The notes under the pieces: generated by a model | The model's database searches: none | What the model was told of the DNA's origin: nothing | The model's input: the letters and a program-made list of their open reading frames with translations, nothing else | DNA from: Camelus dromedarius | Lineage: Eukaryota | Direction: 5' to 3' | DNA length: 64,000 nucleotides | Assembly (NCBI RefSeq): GCF_036321535.1 | Contig: NC_087447.1 | Coordinates: 44,022,001-44,086,000, forward strand | Shown here: positions 1 through 11,540 of the stretch, piece after piece | Layout: every line of letters begins with the position of its first letter | Position numbering within the stretch: the stretch's first letter is position 1 | Made by a program: the position numbers and the translations under genes

Positions 1-479
1 ACATGGGAGGTGATGGCAGTGATGCTAGTCATTTCTTTAGCACTGGGAAACATTGAGTGTTCTTAAAGATGTGCAGTTGCATACATGGGTGTATGTGTGA
101 TGACGAGGAGGAGGAGGATGATGAGAATGATGATACTGTAGCTGTAGACAACCAAAGGAGAGGAAAGGAGGTAAGTCTGTAAAATTTGTCAGCTCCCAAA
201 AAGACCTTATTTACTAACTTATTTATACTGCACCTTAGTTCAAAGAAAGAATCTAAGATGGTTAATAGGCTGTTGCAGCATTTTAGAATGGGAAAGGCAA
301 ATGCTGAGAGATGTTACAGAAAAGGAGACAGCCACTTGAAGGAAATGGGAGTAGGAAGCAAGTAATCTAAAACATAACCAATGCAATGGAAAGAAATGCA
401 GGTGGAACCAGCCTAGGTAAATTAAGCATATGCCCAAGCATACACACATGTGGACACCACGCCAACCTGCATGGAATGA

Positions 480-1285
480 AAGGCATATCGTGAGCTGTCA
501 CAGTAGGTACTGATCGTCCTGGTCCACGTGGGCTTTGGTACACAAGATGGTCACAGTCTGTATTTGTCACTGCATATGCAGAATAGCTTGTGTTGGGCTG
601 TTATGCTGTGCAGTGCCTGTGATCGAGCGTTCAGGCTGACAAGTCCTGCGCTGTCACAGGGTATATGGACTGTTAGAACACAGGCAGGCTGAAACCTGCT
701 GGGCTGTCAAGTTGCATACTGGTCTGCTAAGATATAACATCTCCTGGGCAGTCACAATACACACAGACTGACACAAAATGCCTGCCCCCTCAAGTAAAAT
801 GGCTACTGTGGTTCTTGTGAAGCTGTCATGGTAGATACTGAGCTCTCCAGGCAGAAGGCTGTCACTGTGCATGCCAGCTGACAGATCCTGAACTATCACA
901 GTTTATGTTCGCTGTCATGATACATACATCCTGACATACTCTGGGCTGTGACAGCAAAAATGAGAGTGTCACAAAAGACTCTCATGAGACTGACTCATGT
1001 TGGTCCTTCACAGTGTAAATGGTCTCAATCAGGGTGCATACAAGCTAACATACACTGTGCTGTCATAGATACTTGGTTGTCATGGTGCACGCAGATTGAT
1101 GTATGGGGCCGTCGCAGTATGTAATGGACTGGCATGGTACACATGCACTGACGGACTGTGGGCTGATATGGCATATATGGGGCCATTATGGTACATGTAG
1201 GCAAACATATTGGGCTGCCTTGGTGTCAACTGGGATGTCATGGTGTAAACAGGTTGACACATGGTAGACCATCATACTGACAAAA
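480..1285. repeat. Degenerate tandem array, ~53-bp period (19+19+15 subunits), core GGGCTGTCA / GGCTGACA
   Basis: Exact CTGTCA at 495, 651, 704, 823, 859, 912, 1060 and CTGACA at 636, 768, 878, 931, 1277. Spacings of 15, 19 and 53 recur (651->704, 859->912, 878->931, 636->689). Confidence 0.75.
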
Positions 1286-1974
1286 AAGGTAGTCGCATGG
1301 GTTTCCTATTTTATGATCTAGTGAGGTATATTTCCAGCTTTTACATTAAACAACCATATAGTGCTAATCATATTACATTTAGTTCAAGTTACAAGGTGTA
1401 TCCTTCAATTAATAAGCCCCTCCATTTCAAAGGAAGTACTCAAATAGTTGGGCAATCATATTCTTTCCTCAATACATCTGGGGAAATATCTTTGGCTTTT
1501 TCATTTTCCCTTCCGTTACTTGATATGTATATATATTTTACTTATCTAGGCAGATGGCAATAACCATATTGTGTTTTCCTTGACAGATAATTTTGTTTCC
1601 TACACACAGAATATACTATGTTTACAGCAATACGTTGCAATATTTATCTTTCACTTCTTAAGGGTAAATATATTTGCAAACTTGAAAGAAATTATTGATA
1701 ATTTTCAAATGTTTTCATTATCAAAATAAGATATTTATATATATATAAACTTTATAGGCTGAATATTTGTGATAAAATACATAGTGAAACATCATTTAGT
1801 ATTTATAACATACAAAATAAACAGAAATTTCCATGAGAATCAAATATAATGCAATGGGATAAAAAATACAAATTATAACATCATATCTGCTAAGAGCTGT
1901 GACATCCTGGCCTCATATTTCTGTCCACAAGAACACAGGATGTGCTGAAATGTGTCTGAAGCATTTACACCTAC

Positions 1975-2371
1975 TGACCTTAAACAGACAGACTGCCAGT
2001 TACTTCTCCACTAAAAATGGGCTTACTTGAGAGCAGCAAAGAATTGCAACTTGAGATCTATAACCATGGTTAAGCCACATGCAAGTCCTACCCAACAAGA
2101 AGAGAGCTCTTTCATAGCGGGAAACAGAAGCTGGGAGGGGTACAGAGGGCTATAGCAGATAAAGAGTCCATTGGAGGAATTTAGAGTTCGAAGTACAGTG
2201 GCTTTTCATTGGCTGAGTTATGAGAGTCTCTTATTGGCTAAGCTCTTGCCCAGCAAGAAGGGGAAAACCTTCTTCTTCCTGTTGGGCTCTGCTATGGTCA
2301 GAGGTCATGAGAGCTCTCCCTTCTGGCCTCCTGACTATTTTAATTGAGATTTCTGTTTATTAATTTTTACA
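1975..2371 (-). mobile_element. ERV1-class solo LTR
   Basis: Minus strand starts TGTAAAAATT and ends ...GGTCA (TG..CA). It is ~400 bp long with two CCAAT boxes (attggct at ~2208 and ~2233 on +) and a degenerate poly(A) signal near the 3' end. Confidence 0.7.
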
Positions 2372-2639
2372 CCTCTCTCTTCTGATGGTTGAAATCCACG
2401 TTCTAAAAATGAGTACACCCGAAGTCCAGAAACGGTCCCGTGAACAGTACTGAAGAGGGGGCAGATGTGCCAAGTGTGAGCACTGCCCTGTTGAGCCGTT
2501 TGAGAAAGGAAGCTGCTCCCGGCTGTGGAGGTGAGCATGCACTGCGGGCAACACATCTGAGACTGGATATGGAAGTTCTGTAACAGATTTTATGATAATA
2601 GACAAACCACAAACCATTTTATTCTTTCTTTGGCATATA

Positions 2640-2935
2640 TTTTCTATTTTGAAATAATCTCAAACTTACAGAAAAGTAGCATGTATAGAGCAAAAAAAAA
2701 AAAAAAAAAAAACCTTTTGAGAGTGAATTGCCAACTTGATGCCCCAATCTTCCCTGAAAACTTTCGTGTATTTTCTACAAGCAATGACCTAGCCTTAATA
2801 ATCATAATATGAACATGAAAGTCAGGAAACTACTGTGGTACTTTAATATCATCTAAGCCTCAGATCCCATTTAAGTTTTCCCAATTGTCCCAATAGCAAA
2901 AGGATCCAGTTTAGAATTACATGTGTACTTGTGAC
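2640..2935 (-). mobile_element. Old L1 (L1M-type) 3' end fragment with internal A-tract
   Basis: Typical L1M 3'-UTR antisense wording (ttttgaaataatctcaaacttacagaaaagt...). A-run at 2692-2712. Confidence 0.6.
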
Positions 2936-3533
2936 CTCTGAAGATTATGGGCCAAAGCCCCCTTCCTGAAGCTGTCAGCTTCCCCACCCCTTTGGCCAGG
3001 AACCACTCAGCAGCATACAGAAGACACTCAGACCTCAAGAGAGCCTGAGGTTTCAGGAATCTGGGCCAGGAATCCAGGCCAAAAGCTACACACACACTTC
3101 ATTACACTACAGTGGAGAAGACTTGTCTGCCTCGTAACACTTCATCTGGGCAGTGAAACCCATGACTGGAGCTCACCCTTGGTGACAGCTTGTCACAGGG
3201 TGACAACTAATGGCAATGGGAGCTGGGCAGGACAGGGCAGGTGTGTGCTCAGGTCAATGTCTTTGCCACAGCGCTGTGACACAGTCCTTCTCAGCTAAGG
3301 TGGCCTCAGTATACTGGTTGTTCCAATCCTTGCTCCCTGACCCCTGACAATAACTGAAATACTGTACAGTGATTACAAACTGTGACACAAATGATTCTCT
3401 AGCTCGATAGCAGCACATTTTAAATAGTGTCCAGGTTACTAGGGAGGAGAATGAATGCCTGCTGTTCTTGAGTAAATAGAAGAACCCATACAAATGATCC
3501 CTACGTCTGCTGTGTATCAATTTTGTGAGATCT

Positions 3534-4157
3534 TGTGGATAAAGAATACTGCCTGCCACTTCAGTAAACAATGAATGTTGCCTGCCATCAAGCCATCAGC
3601 CACCGCAGCCACCTTTGGTGGTGTTCCCTGAGGGGAATTCAGGATAGAGAAAAAGAGGATACTAGCCCTAGATACTTAAGATGCACATCAAAGGAATCAT
3701 TTCAGTGAGCCCAGACTCTTGTGTCTTCCTATACATAGAAAAGTACTAAAATCATTAACTGGAATGAGGGAAGATATAGCTCAGTGGTAGAGTGCATGCT
3801 TACCATGCATGAGGTCCTGGGTTCAATCCCTAGCACGTCCATTAAACAAATAAACAAATAAATAAATGAAACCTACCCCCTCAACACACACAAAAAATCT
3901 AAATAAATAAAAATAAAATCATTAACTTGAGATGTCTGTTTTTTGTGATTATCAATAACTTTTGATGTTTGATTACATGTTTTGCTTTGTTTCATTTTTA
4001 GCAAACCTCCTATATATCCTGACTCTTCCCTTACCTCTTTGGAAGTGTTCTTCAGAGCTATCTGAGACGCTGTTTCCCAGGCTATAGTTCTCAGTAAGGT
4101 CCCTGAATAAAACATTAACTCTCAACTTTTTGGTTGTGTATATTTTTTCAGCCGACA
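3534..4157 (+). mobile_element. ERV1-class solo LTR interrupted by a SINE
   Basis: TG...CA termini (tgtggat...gccgaca), TATA-like ctatatatcc at ~4010 and AATAAA at ~4106. A SINE is inserted at 3766-3914. Confidence 0.7.
3766..3914 (+). mobile_element. tRNA-Ala-derived camelid SINE (vic-1 type)
   Basis: tagctcagtggtagagtgcatgct...gaggtcctgggttcaatccc head (A and B boxes) and A-rich tail. TSD aaaatcattaact at 3748-3760 and 3915-3927. Confidence 0.9.
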
Positions 4158-4549
4158 GCCTGCACTGCCTCTCTATGAAGGATGCCTCCTGGAGTGCTTA
4201 ACCACACAGCTATAGGTGGCAGACCTCCTCCCCCAGTTCAGATAAATGATTAGCAGATACGAGATAATGTGAGACATGCACATGGAAACAAATAAAAAAA
4301 CTTGAAATCAAAACTTTTAAATTCTCAAAGAAATTAAAGAGGACATATTCTTTGAATCAATGAAGAGATTAAATGATCAGTAAAATACTACAAAAAAAGA
4401 TGAGGAGGAGTGCAGTCATGCTGTAACAGTCTGATTTAGCTAGTTGAGTCTACATTTTATTTGAAAGCACAAATCTTCAATAACCATTGAGAACCTGTTG
4501 TAAAGAAGAAAAAAGAAATGCTGGCTTGAGTGGCAGACACAAGAAAACT

Positions 4550-5010
4550 GTCAGACAACTAACAAAATTAAATAACATGGTATCAGTGTAAAAAATGAGG
4601 AAATAGATCAGTGGGAACAAAAAAGAGAGTCCAGAAACACATTCAAGTAAAAATATTATTTTCATATTAAAACAGAGACATTTAAAGACATTTCTATGAA
4701 AATGACTTATTATTGGAAAAATGGCATTTGGGTATTTGGCTCGCTATTGGGAGAAGATGAAGGTAAATCTCTACAACACATGAAAATAATTTCCATATGG
4801 CTTGATAATCTAAAAGGAGAACATTAAGTTATGTAAACATTAGAAGAAACCAAAGAGCAGCATTTTATTATCTAAGAAAGGATAAGACCTGGAAGTCATG
4901 AAGAAGATGGACTGGTTTAACATAAAAATTAAAACCTTCCCAACTGCTTAAGAAATCACATACAAAGTTATAAGACAAATAATTATAGTAAGAAGAAGCA
5001 TTTTCTGAAT
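4550..5010 (+). mobile_element. Highly decayed L1ME-type ORF2 3' fragment
   Basis: Degenerate L1 wording (tagatcagtgggaacaaaaaagagagtccagaaac; aaaattaaaaccttc). Confidence 0.5.
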
Positions 5011-5039
5011 GAAAGATAATGGCTAGGTATTTACAGTTT

Positions 5040-5215
5040 TACATGCAACATTTAATTCTTACATTCATTCCATTATGAGGAAAATTATTATTTCCTGTCC
5101 TTTACAGTTGTGAAAACTGAGGGTTTGGGAAGATTGCTAAATAGCTTCACTAAGTTTATCTAAGTGTCACTAAGTGACAAAGCTGAGATTTATAAATAAG
5201 CTTTGATTCCAAAAC
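5040..5215 (-). mobile_element. MIR SINE
   Basis: MIR core: ttttacagttgtgaaaactgagg...aagtgacaaagctgagattt. Confidence 0.6.
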
Positions 5216-5224
5216 CAATTTGCT

Positions 5225-6020
5225 TTTTTTAAACATATGTATTCTTTTTCAGATTCTTTTCCATTATAGGTTATTACAAACTATTGAATATAGTTTCGTG
5301 TGCTATACTGTAGGACCTTGTTATTTATCTATTATATATATAGTAGTATGTATATATTAATCCCAAACTCCAAATTTATCCCTCCCTGCCACTCATTTCC
5401 CCTTCAGTAACCATAGTTTGTTTTCTCTGTCTGTGAGTCTACTTCTAGTTTGTAAATAGGTTAATTTGTATCATCTTTTTTAGATTCCACATAAAAGTTA
5501 TATCATCCCTCTGTTTCTTACTTTACTTAGTGTGATAATCTCTAGGGCCATCTATGTTGCTGCAAATGGCATTATTTCATTCTTTTTTATGGCTGAGTAA
5601 TATTCCACTGTATATATATGCTATATTTTCTTTATCCATTCATCTGTCAGTGGGCATTTAGGTTGCTTCCATGTCTTGACTATCATAAATAGTGCTGCTA
5701 TGAACATTGGGGTTCATGTGTCTTTTCAAATTATAGTTTTCTCTGGACATATGCCCAGGAGTGGGAATTTTTTTAGTTTTTAAAGGAATTTCCATACTGT
5801 TCTCCATAGTGGCTGAACTAATCTACATTCCCACAAAATATGTAGGAGGGTTCTTTTTCTCCACACCTTCTCCAGGATTTATTATGTGTAGACATTTTAA
5901 TGATGGCCATTCTGACCAGTGTGAGGTGCTCATTCACTGCAGTTTTGATTTGCATTTTTATAATAATTAGTGATACTGAGCATCTTTACATGTGCCTGTT
6001 GGCCATCTGTATGTCTTCTT
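5225..6020 (-). mobile_element. Artiodactyl-type L1 3' end
   Basis: Characteristic antisense 3'UTR (attctttttcagattcttttccattataggttattac...) followed by ORF2 C-terminal antisense sequence (ggttgcttccatgtcttg, agttttgatttgcatt). Confidence 0.85.
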
Positions 6021-6584
6021 CAGTGGAAAAAAAAACTTTGCTTAACAAGTATACTACATTGCCTCCTTAATACAAAAAAAAGGGAAAAATATTTGCATCA
6101 CAAAAGAGTCAATGCAATAATATCTATACTACCTTTGGAACTCTTATATATCATTTAGAAAGCCAAACTTATTCAACAGAAAAAAAGGGTAAAAGATATA
6201 AACAGAAAAATCATCAAAGAAATATACATGACTAATACATATTTTAAAAAGTCAACCTAGCAAATAACCAATGAAATGTAAATGAAATAAAAAATGAAAA
6301 TCAGGCCTTAAAAATACATCTTACTTAGTAATGGTGTGGACAATTAGGTGCTCTTATTTGCCACTCGTATATAATTGGAGAACACTTTGGAAACACTGAC
6401 CATCATTATAAATATATATATGTATGGCCCAAATTTTCAGTTCTAGGAATGTAGCCTAGAGAAACACTCACAAAAATATTTTAAGATTTCTGTGTAATTT
6501 TTTCATAGCAGTATTATTTATAATAACAAAAAACTAGAAATAATGTAAATGTCCATTATTAGGAGGCTGTTAAATAGAAGATGC

Positions 6585-6676
6585 TATATATATTATATAT
6601 AATTATTTATATTATATATATACATATATATATACATATATACATATACATGTGTGTGTGTGTGTGTGTGTGTGTA
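6585..6676. repeat. Compound (TA)n/(TG)n microsatellite
   Basis: Directly visible TA-rich tract followed by a TG run. Confidence 0.95.
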
Positions 6677-6851
6677 TAGGAAGATCTATAATCTTTAAAG
6701 CCAAATGAAGGCCAAATATCTTGATGTAAAATGTTGCACACAATATGTTCCTAAAGCAAGTGGCACTACATCTACCAGACTGCTAAAATCAAAGACATTA
6801 AATACAAACTTTAGGGAGGATGGGGAAGGGGGAAAATAATTCTGGTGGAGG

Positions 6852-7240
6852 TGTATTAGTCAGGGTCCTCCAGAAAAATGGAACCAATCAGATGTGTATA
6901 CATAGAGAGAGATTTATTTTAAGGAAGTGTCTCATGCAGTTGGGGAGGCTGGAAAGTCCAAAATCTGCAGGGTGGGTCAGCAGGCTGGAGACCCAGGGAA
7001 GAGCCGCAGTTGGAGTCCAAAGGCCATCCACTAGCAGAGTTCTTCCTTCCCCCAAGGAGGTCAGGCATTCAGCTATCAGATGAGGCCCATATTATGGAGG
7101 GTAATCTGTTCACTCAGCCAGCTGATTTAAATGTTAGTCTCATTTAAAATACACCTTCACAGAAACATCTAGAATAACATTTGACTAAAGATCTGGATAC
7201 TGTGCCCTAGTGAAGTTGCCACCTAAATTTAACCATCACA
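6852..7240 (-). mobile_element. ERVL LTR (MLT2-like)
   Basis: tgtattagtcagggtcctccagaaaaatggaaccaat ... aaatttaaccatcaca termini typical of MLT2. Confidence 0.85.
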
Positions 7241-8209
7241 AAGGGTGTAAATGGGCTTGGAAAATGTCTTAGAAGTGTACACCGAAGTTGAATATTATCA
7301 TATTCTCTGACCCAGTAATTCTACCCTCTGGTTTATTGTCAACAGAAATGCACCTGCATGAATCCCAAAAGACATGTACAAGAATGTTCATGGTAGCGCT
7401 ATTCATAACAACTCCAAGCTGGACACTACCCAAAAGCCCATCAAAAGTGCAATGGATAAATATTTTGCAGTACAGTCACACGATGGAATGCCGGACACAA
7501 TGAGAAGAAATGATATACTGCTACATGTAGCAATATGGATCTATGTCTGATATACAACACTGAGCAAAACAAGCCAGACTCAAAAGCACACACTTTATTG
7601 TTGTTGTTACATTTATTGAAAATACAAAACTAGCCAAACTAATCTCTACTGTTAGAAGTCAGCATAGTCAGAGGAGTGATTGGAAAAGGGGCACAAGGAG
7701 GTCTTCTAGGGTGCTGGTAACATTCTGGTAACATTTGTTGTTGCTGTTGTTTTAGCTTGGAGTTGGTTACCCAGGTGTATTCAGTTTGTGAAAACAGATG
7801 TACAATTTTGATCTGTGCGCTTTTATGAGTGCAAACAATATTTCCATTAAATATTTTTAAAGTAGCAGGGCAACATATAATTCTAAATAGCCACCTATCT
7901 CTATATCCTGTCAATATATCTCTATATCCATCCATGCTAGCATAAGGGTAGATATGGATTTTAAGATTTTAAGGTTAGAACTCAATTTAACTCTGCGTAT
8001 CTATAGGCTGGTGTTACGGGGAGTCCAGGAGAGAAGTGAGAAAAGCACGTTCACCTTTTCCTTTTGACATTTCTGTAGCATTGGATCTTTTAAAAATATG
8101 AAACATGCATTACTTTTTATTACTTTTCTTGGAGGGGTGAGCATCTTTTCAAGCATCTAGATCCAAATCTATTATTATAATTTTACATAGCCTATGTTCT
8201 GAAACTATC

Positions 8210-9450
8210 ATTTTTAAATGGAGTTGCTTGTTTAGATGTTGAATTGTATGAGTTCTTTGCATATTTTGGATATTAACCCCTTACCAGATATGTCATTTGC
8301 AAAAATCTTCTCCCATTCAGTAGGCAGCCTTTTCGTTTTGTTGATACCTTCATTTTTCATTCAATAAAGTCTTTTCAGTCAGTAAATATATACAGCCCAC
8401 TTTTAAGAGCTGGATGAAATTCCTATATCATAATTTACTTGACCAGTCCATTACTGATGGCCATTAAGGTTGTTTCACATTTTCAGTAATGTCAGTGGAG
8501 CAGTAATATGCATTCATGTCCTTTGGGTGAATTCCCAGAAGTGTGTTGCAGAAGGAAATATTTTACATTGCAATACATACCTCCGCACTCCCTTCCTAAG
8601 GTGATATGACTGTTTTACACTCTCCACAGTATTGCGGGAGACTTGCTGCCCCTCACAACTGAAAATTTGAGTTTGTCAATAATTTTAATTTTTGCCAGTT
8701 TGATAAGGGAAAAAGACTATTCACATTTTACTAACATTTCTTTGATTGTTCATGAAGCTAAACATTTTTCATATGTCTCTGTATTTCTTTGGTAACTTGC
8801 CTCAGAGTATTTTGCCCACTTTTCCATTAAAATATTAAATATTTTCCTTACTGATTTTTAAGAGCTCTCTATTTATCTGAGATACTGATTCTTTGTCCAA
8901 CATTTTGCAAACAATTTTCCAATTTGCTTTTCTACCTTTCAACCTTTTATGGTGTTTATTTTTAGACAGAAGTGTCATTTTTTTAAGTAGTCAAGTTTAC
9001 CAATCTTTCCTATTATGTTTTCTGATGCTGAGGCAAACTCAGAAGGTCTTCCCCAACCCAAGGTTATAAAAATATTCTCTACTGGTCTAGTATTTATGGT
9101 TTCAGCAAGAATTTATTTTGGCATGAGTGGGGAGGATATAGCTCAGTGTTAGAGCATGTGTTTAGCATGCATGAGGTCCTGGGTTCAATCCCCAGTACTT
9201 CCATTAAAATAAATAAATAAACCTAATTACATCCCCCCAACCCCCCAAAAAGAATTTCTTCTCATATGGTAAGTGAGGTAGGAATCAGACCTTTTTCTAA
9301 TGGTTAGCAAATTGTTGTATATTCATTTACTAATCTTTGTTTTCCCTATTAATTTAAAAAGCTACTATTATCAAAGATAAACTCCCCATACACACTTAGT
9401 TCTAAGACTGGAATTGTATTTTTTTCCATTATTCTTTCTGTTTTTGTACC
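8210..9450 (-). mobile_element. Old L1M ORF2/3' fragments (host of a SINE; abuts the retrocopy)
   Basis: gagttctttgcatattttggatattaaccccttaccagatatgtcatttgcaaaaatcttctcccattc and further antisense L1 motifs. Confidence 0.65.
9129..9250 (+). mobile_element. tRNA-Ala-derived camelid SINE
   Basis: ggggaggatatagctcagtg...gaggtcctgggttcaatccccagtacttcca plus (AAAT)n tail. Flanked by aagaattt on both sides. Confidence 0.9.
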
Positions 9451-9460
9451 AGTTAACGTA

Positions 9461-10588
9461 TATTTTTTCCGATTTAGTCAAATTTTTATTAAAAGTAAAT
9501 TGCTTATTCAAAAGTGATCATGGATAACTCAAAATGCAGAGCAAGAAGGATAAGAGAAACATCCTACTGGCCAATAGATTGTTTTAATTCTCTCATTATA
9601 TGAAACTCAAACCTTTCGTTTTTAGGAAAGGTAAATTGTAACTTCAGTAGACAGCAATACAGAAGGATTCTGTCACACAGACTAGTTTCCATTTAGTCAA
9701 TTATTTCTAGCTGTCTCAATTGGGATAGACGCATTTACAGAACTGGCTGTGCTTGAGCCTTCTTTGCAAGGACCTTTAGATCTGCAATGTGCTTGGCAAT
9801 TGTCTCCTTTTCCTGCTGTGTAGAGATGCTCCGTACCACGTGCTTCTCCACCTAGTTTATCATGTGCTCTTGTTCCTTTTGACGCATCATATTCTGCACA
9901 GCGATGTGATAGTCCAGGCGATTCTTTACCTACCTGTATACTCTATGCAGCCGTTCCCGGTAAGTAAGCCCCAAAGCCATTGCAATGTTATTCCTCTGGA
10001 CATCAAAAAGGTAATGGCGTTTCTGAACCAGTGCCTGCTGTGACTTCTCCAGGTCAATTGCATCCTGAATGTTTTGGATGGAATCCTGTTTCACCTCTTC
10101 TAGTTGGGCAATTTTTTCCTCGTTGAGTTTATCAGCAAATTTTCCAATAGAGGCACCATATTTTTTAACTACATAGACAAGCACCCCTATTGCTGACATG
10201 GCAGAGAAGGTCTCTGGAGTTATCACATATATTTCTTTGGACAGTAAATATAAGATAAGCCCAGTTCCAAGCATGTAGGGTCCTGTTACACCAGTTTTAG
10301 GATAAAGGAACTGGAAGAATTCTTCAGGGATCACCCCAAAAGGAACTTTTCCTCCATACTCAGGAAGAGGTGGCACAGGGGCAAGACTTGGCTGCCCTGT
10401 GTGAAAGATCCTTGTTGCCTGCAATACCCCTGGACCGAGGAGGGCTGCGTTCTTCAGAGAGGGGGCTGCTGCGGCGGCGGCAGAAAGTACCACCCGGGAC
10501 AGCATTGTCAGGTAGTCCGCACGGCGGGCTCAGCGTCCCAGTGACCCGGACAGGAGAATCTGTCAGGGCCAGAAGCAAGATGGTCGCT
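9461..10588 (-). pseudogene. ATP5PB: Processed pseudogene of ATP synthase peripheral stalk subunit b
   Basis: Intronless frame 10505->9735 (256 codons plus TAA): MLSRVVLSAAAAAAPSLKNAA...PEEFFQFLYPKTGVTGPY...AKKAQAQPVL. Premature TAG at codon 192 (9930-9932) and codon 218 (9852-9854). AATAAA at 9485-9490, a short A tail, and TSD core cagttaacgta at 9450-9460 and 10589-10599. Confidence 0.97.
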
Positions 10589-11229
10589 CAGTTAACGTAG
10601 AATTTTAATTATGTTAACTTTTTAAAAATAGTTCAAATGTTGGTATCTTTTTGGTTTCTTTTTTTCACTTTTGTAAAGAAAAATAAAGTTGTGTTTCTTG
10701 TTTGAAAGAAAACATAAGTAAACCCTCTCCCTGCCCAGCCTCTCTCCTGCCCCTGCTGGGCACTGGGGTCACTGGCCCTGGACACGAGGGGCCAGGCTGG
10801 CCGGGCACTAGAAGAGGGGAGCTGAGCACTCTGTCAGGGCTTCCTCAGAGCCAGAGAGGAAGCAAGCATGCACCTCCCTAATCAGGTTCCAAGTCTGAAA
10901 CAACGCTCAGTTTGGGAATGGGAAAAATTACATTTAATAGGAGTATAGAGTTTTATAGTATAGAGAACTGGAATTTTAAATGCCAAGAATAAGAAAAGAT
11001 TTATTTACTTCCAGATAGTGACCAAACACTAGTAGAATTCACTGGAATTTCATTGAGGGACATGAAAGTTCAAGTTGAAATGCAGATTTGAAGGTATAGG
11101 GGTGTAATAAGGTTGCTTTCTATTTCTCTATTGAGTCCAGCTAATTCAGTAAAACTTAAGTTTGCCTATGTTGTGGAGAATTTTTAAATTTAATAGAGTA
11201 AAATACGCCAATAATATTTATCATACATG

Positions 11230-11540
11230 TATTCATGTGGTGTCTTAAGAAGTTCTTTCCTATCCCAGTGTTACAAAGATGTTCTCCTATATTTTCTCTT
11301 CAAATTTTTAAAGTTTTGTTTTTAACATTTACATTTTAATGCAGCAGAATTTCATTTATTGTATGTATACTGGGAGATAAAATCTTATTTTTAAATATGG
11401 ATAACCAGTTATCCCAGCTTCATATATTTAGTCGCCCATCATTTCCCACACTGATTGATGCCACTTCTGTACTAAATTAAGTTTCCACACCTGCTTGGGT
11501 TTATTTGTGGGTTTTCTATTCTGATTCATAGGTCAACACC
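11230..11540 (-). mobile_element. L1ME-type ORF2 fragment
   Basis: ttaagaagttctttcctatcccagtgttacaaagatgttctcctatattttct antisense L1 motif. Confidence 0.6.

Larger units (their letters stand above)
6070..7860 (+). mobile_element. L1ME-type 3' fragments (host of a microsatellite and an MLT2 LTR)
   Basis: aagaatgttcatggtagcgctattcataacaactccaagctggacactacccaaa and other L1 3' motifs. Confidence 0.6.

Noticed and set aside
93..176. 26-codon acidic frame MCDDEEEEDDENDD... ending in GAG|GTAAGT
   Set aside because: Explained by a (GAG/GAT)n low-complexity tract. No promoter, convincing acceptor or recognisable homolog.
480..1285. CRISPR-like repeat-spacer array
   Set aside because: Mammalian DNA, no identical direct repeats, linkers are themselves related and there are no cas genes. 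It is a degenerate minisatellite.
9930..10505. Functional ATP5PB gene (191-aa ORF)
   Set aside because: Intronless, flanked by a TSD and with two in-frame stops: a processed pseudogene.
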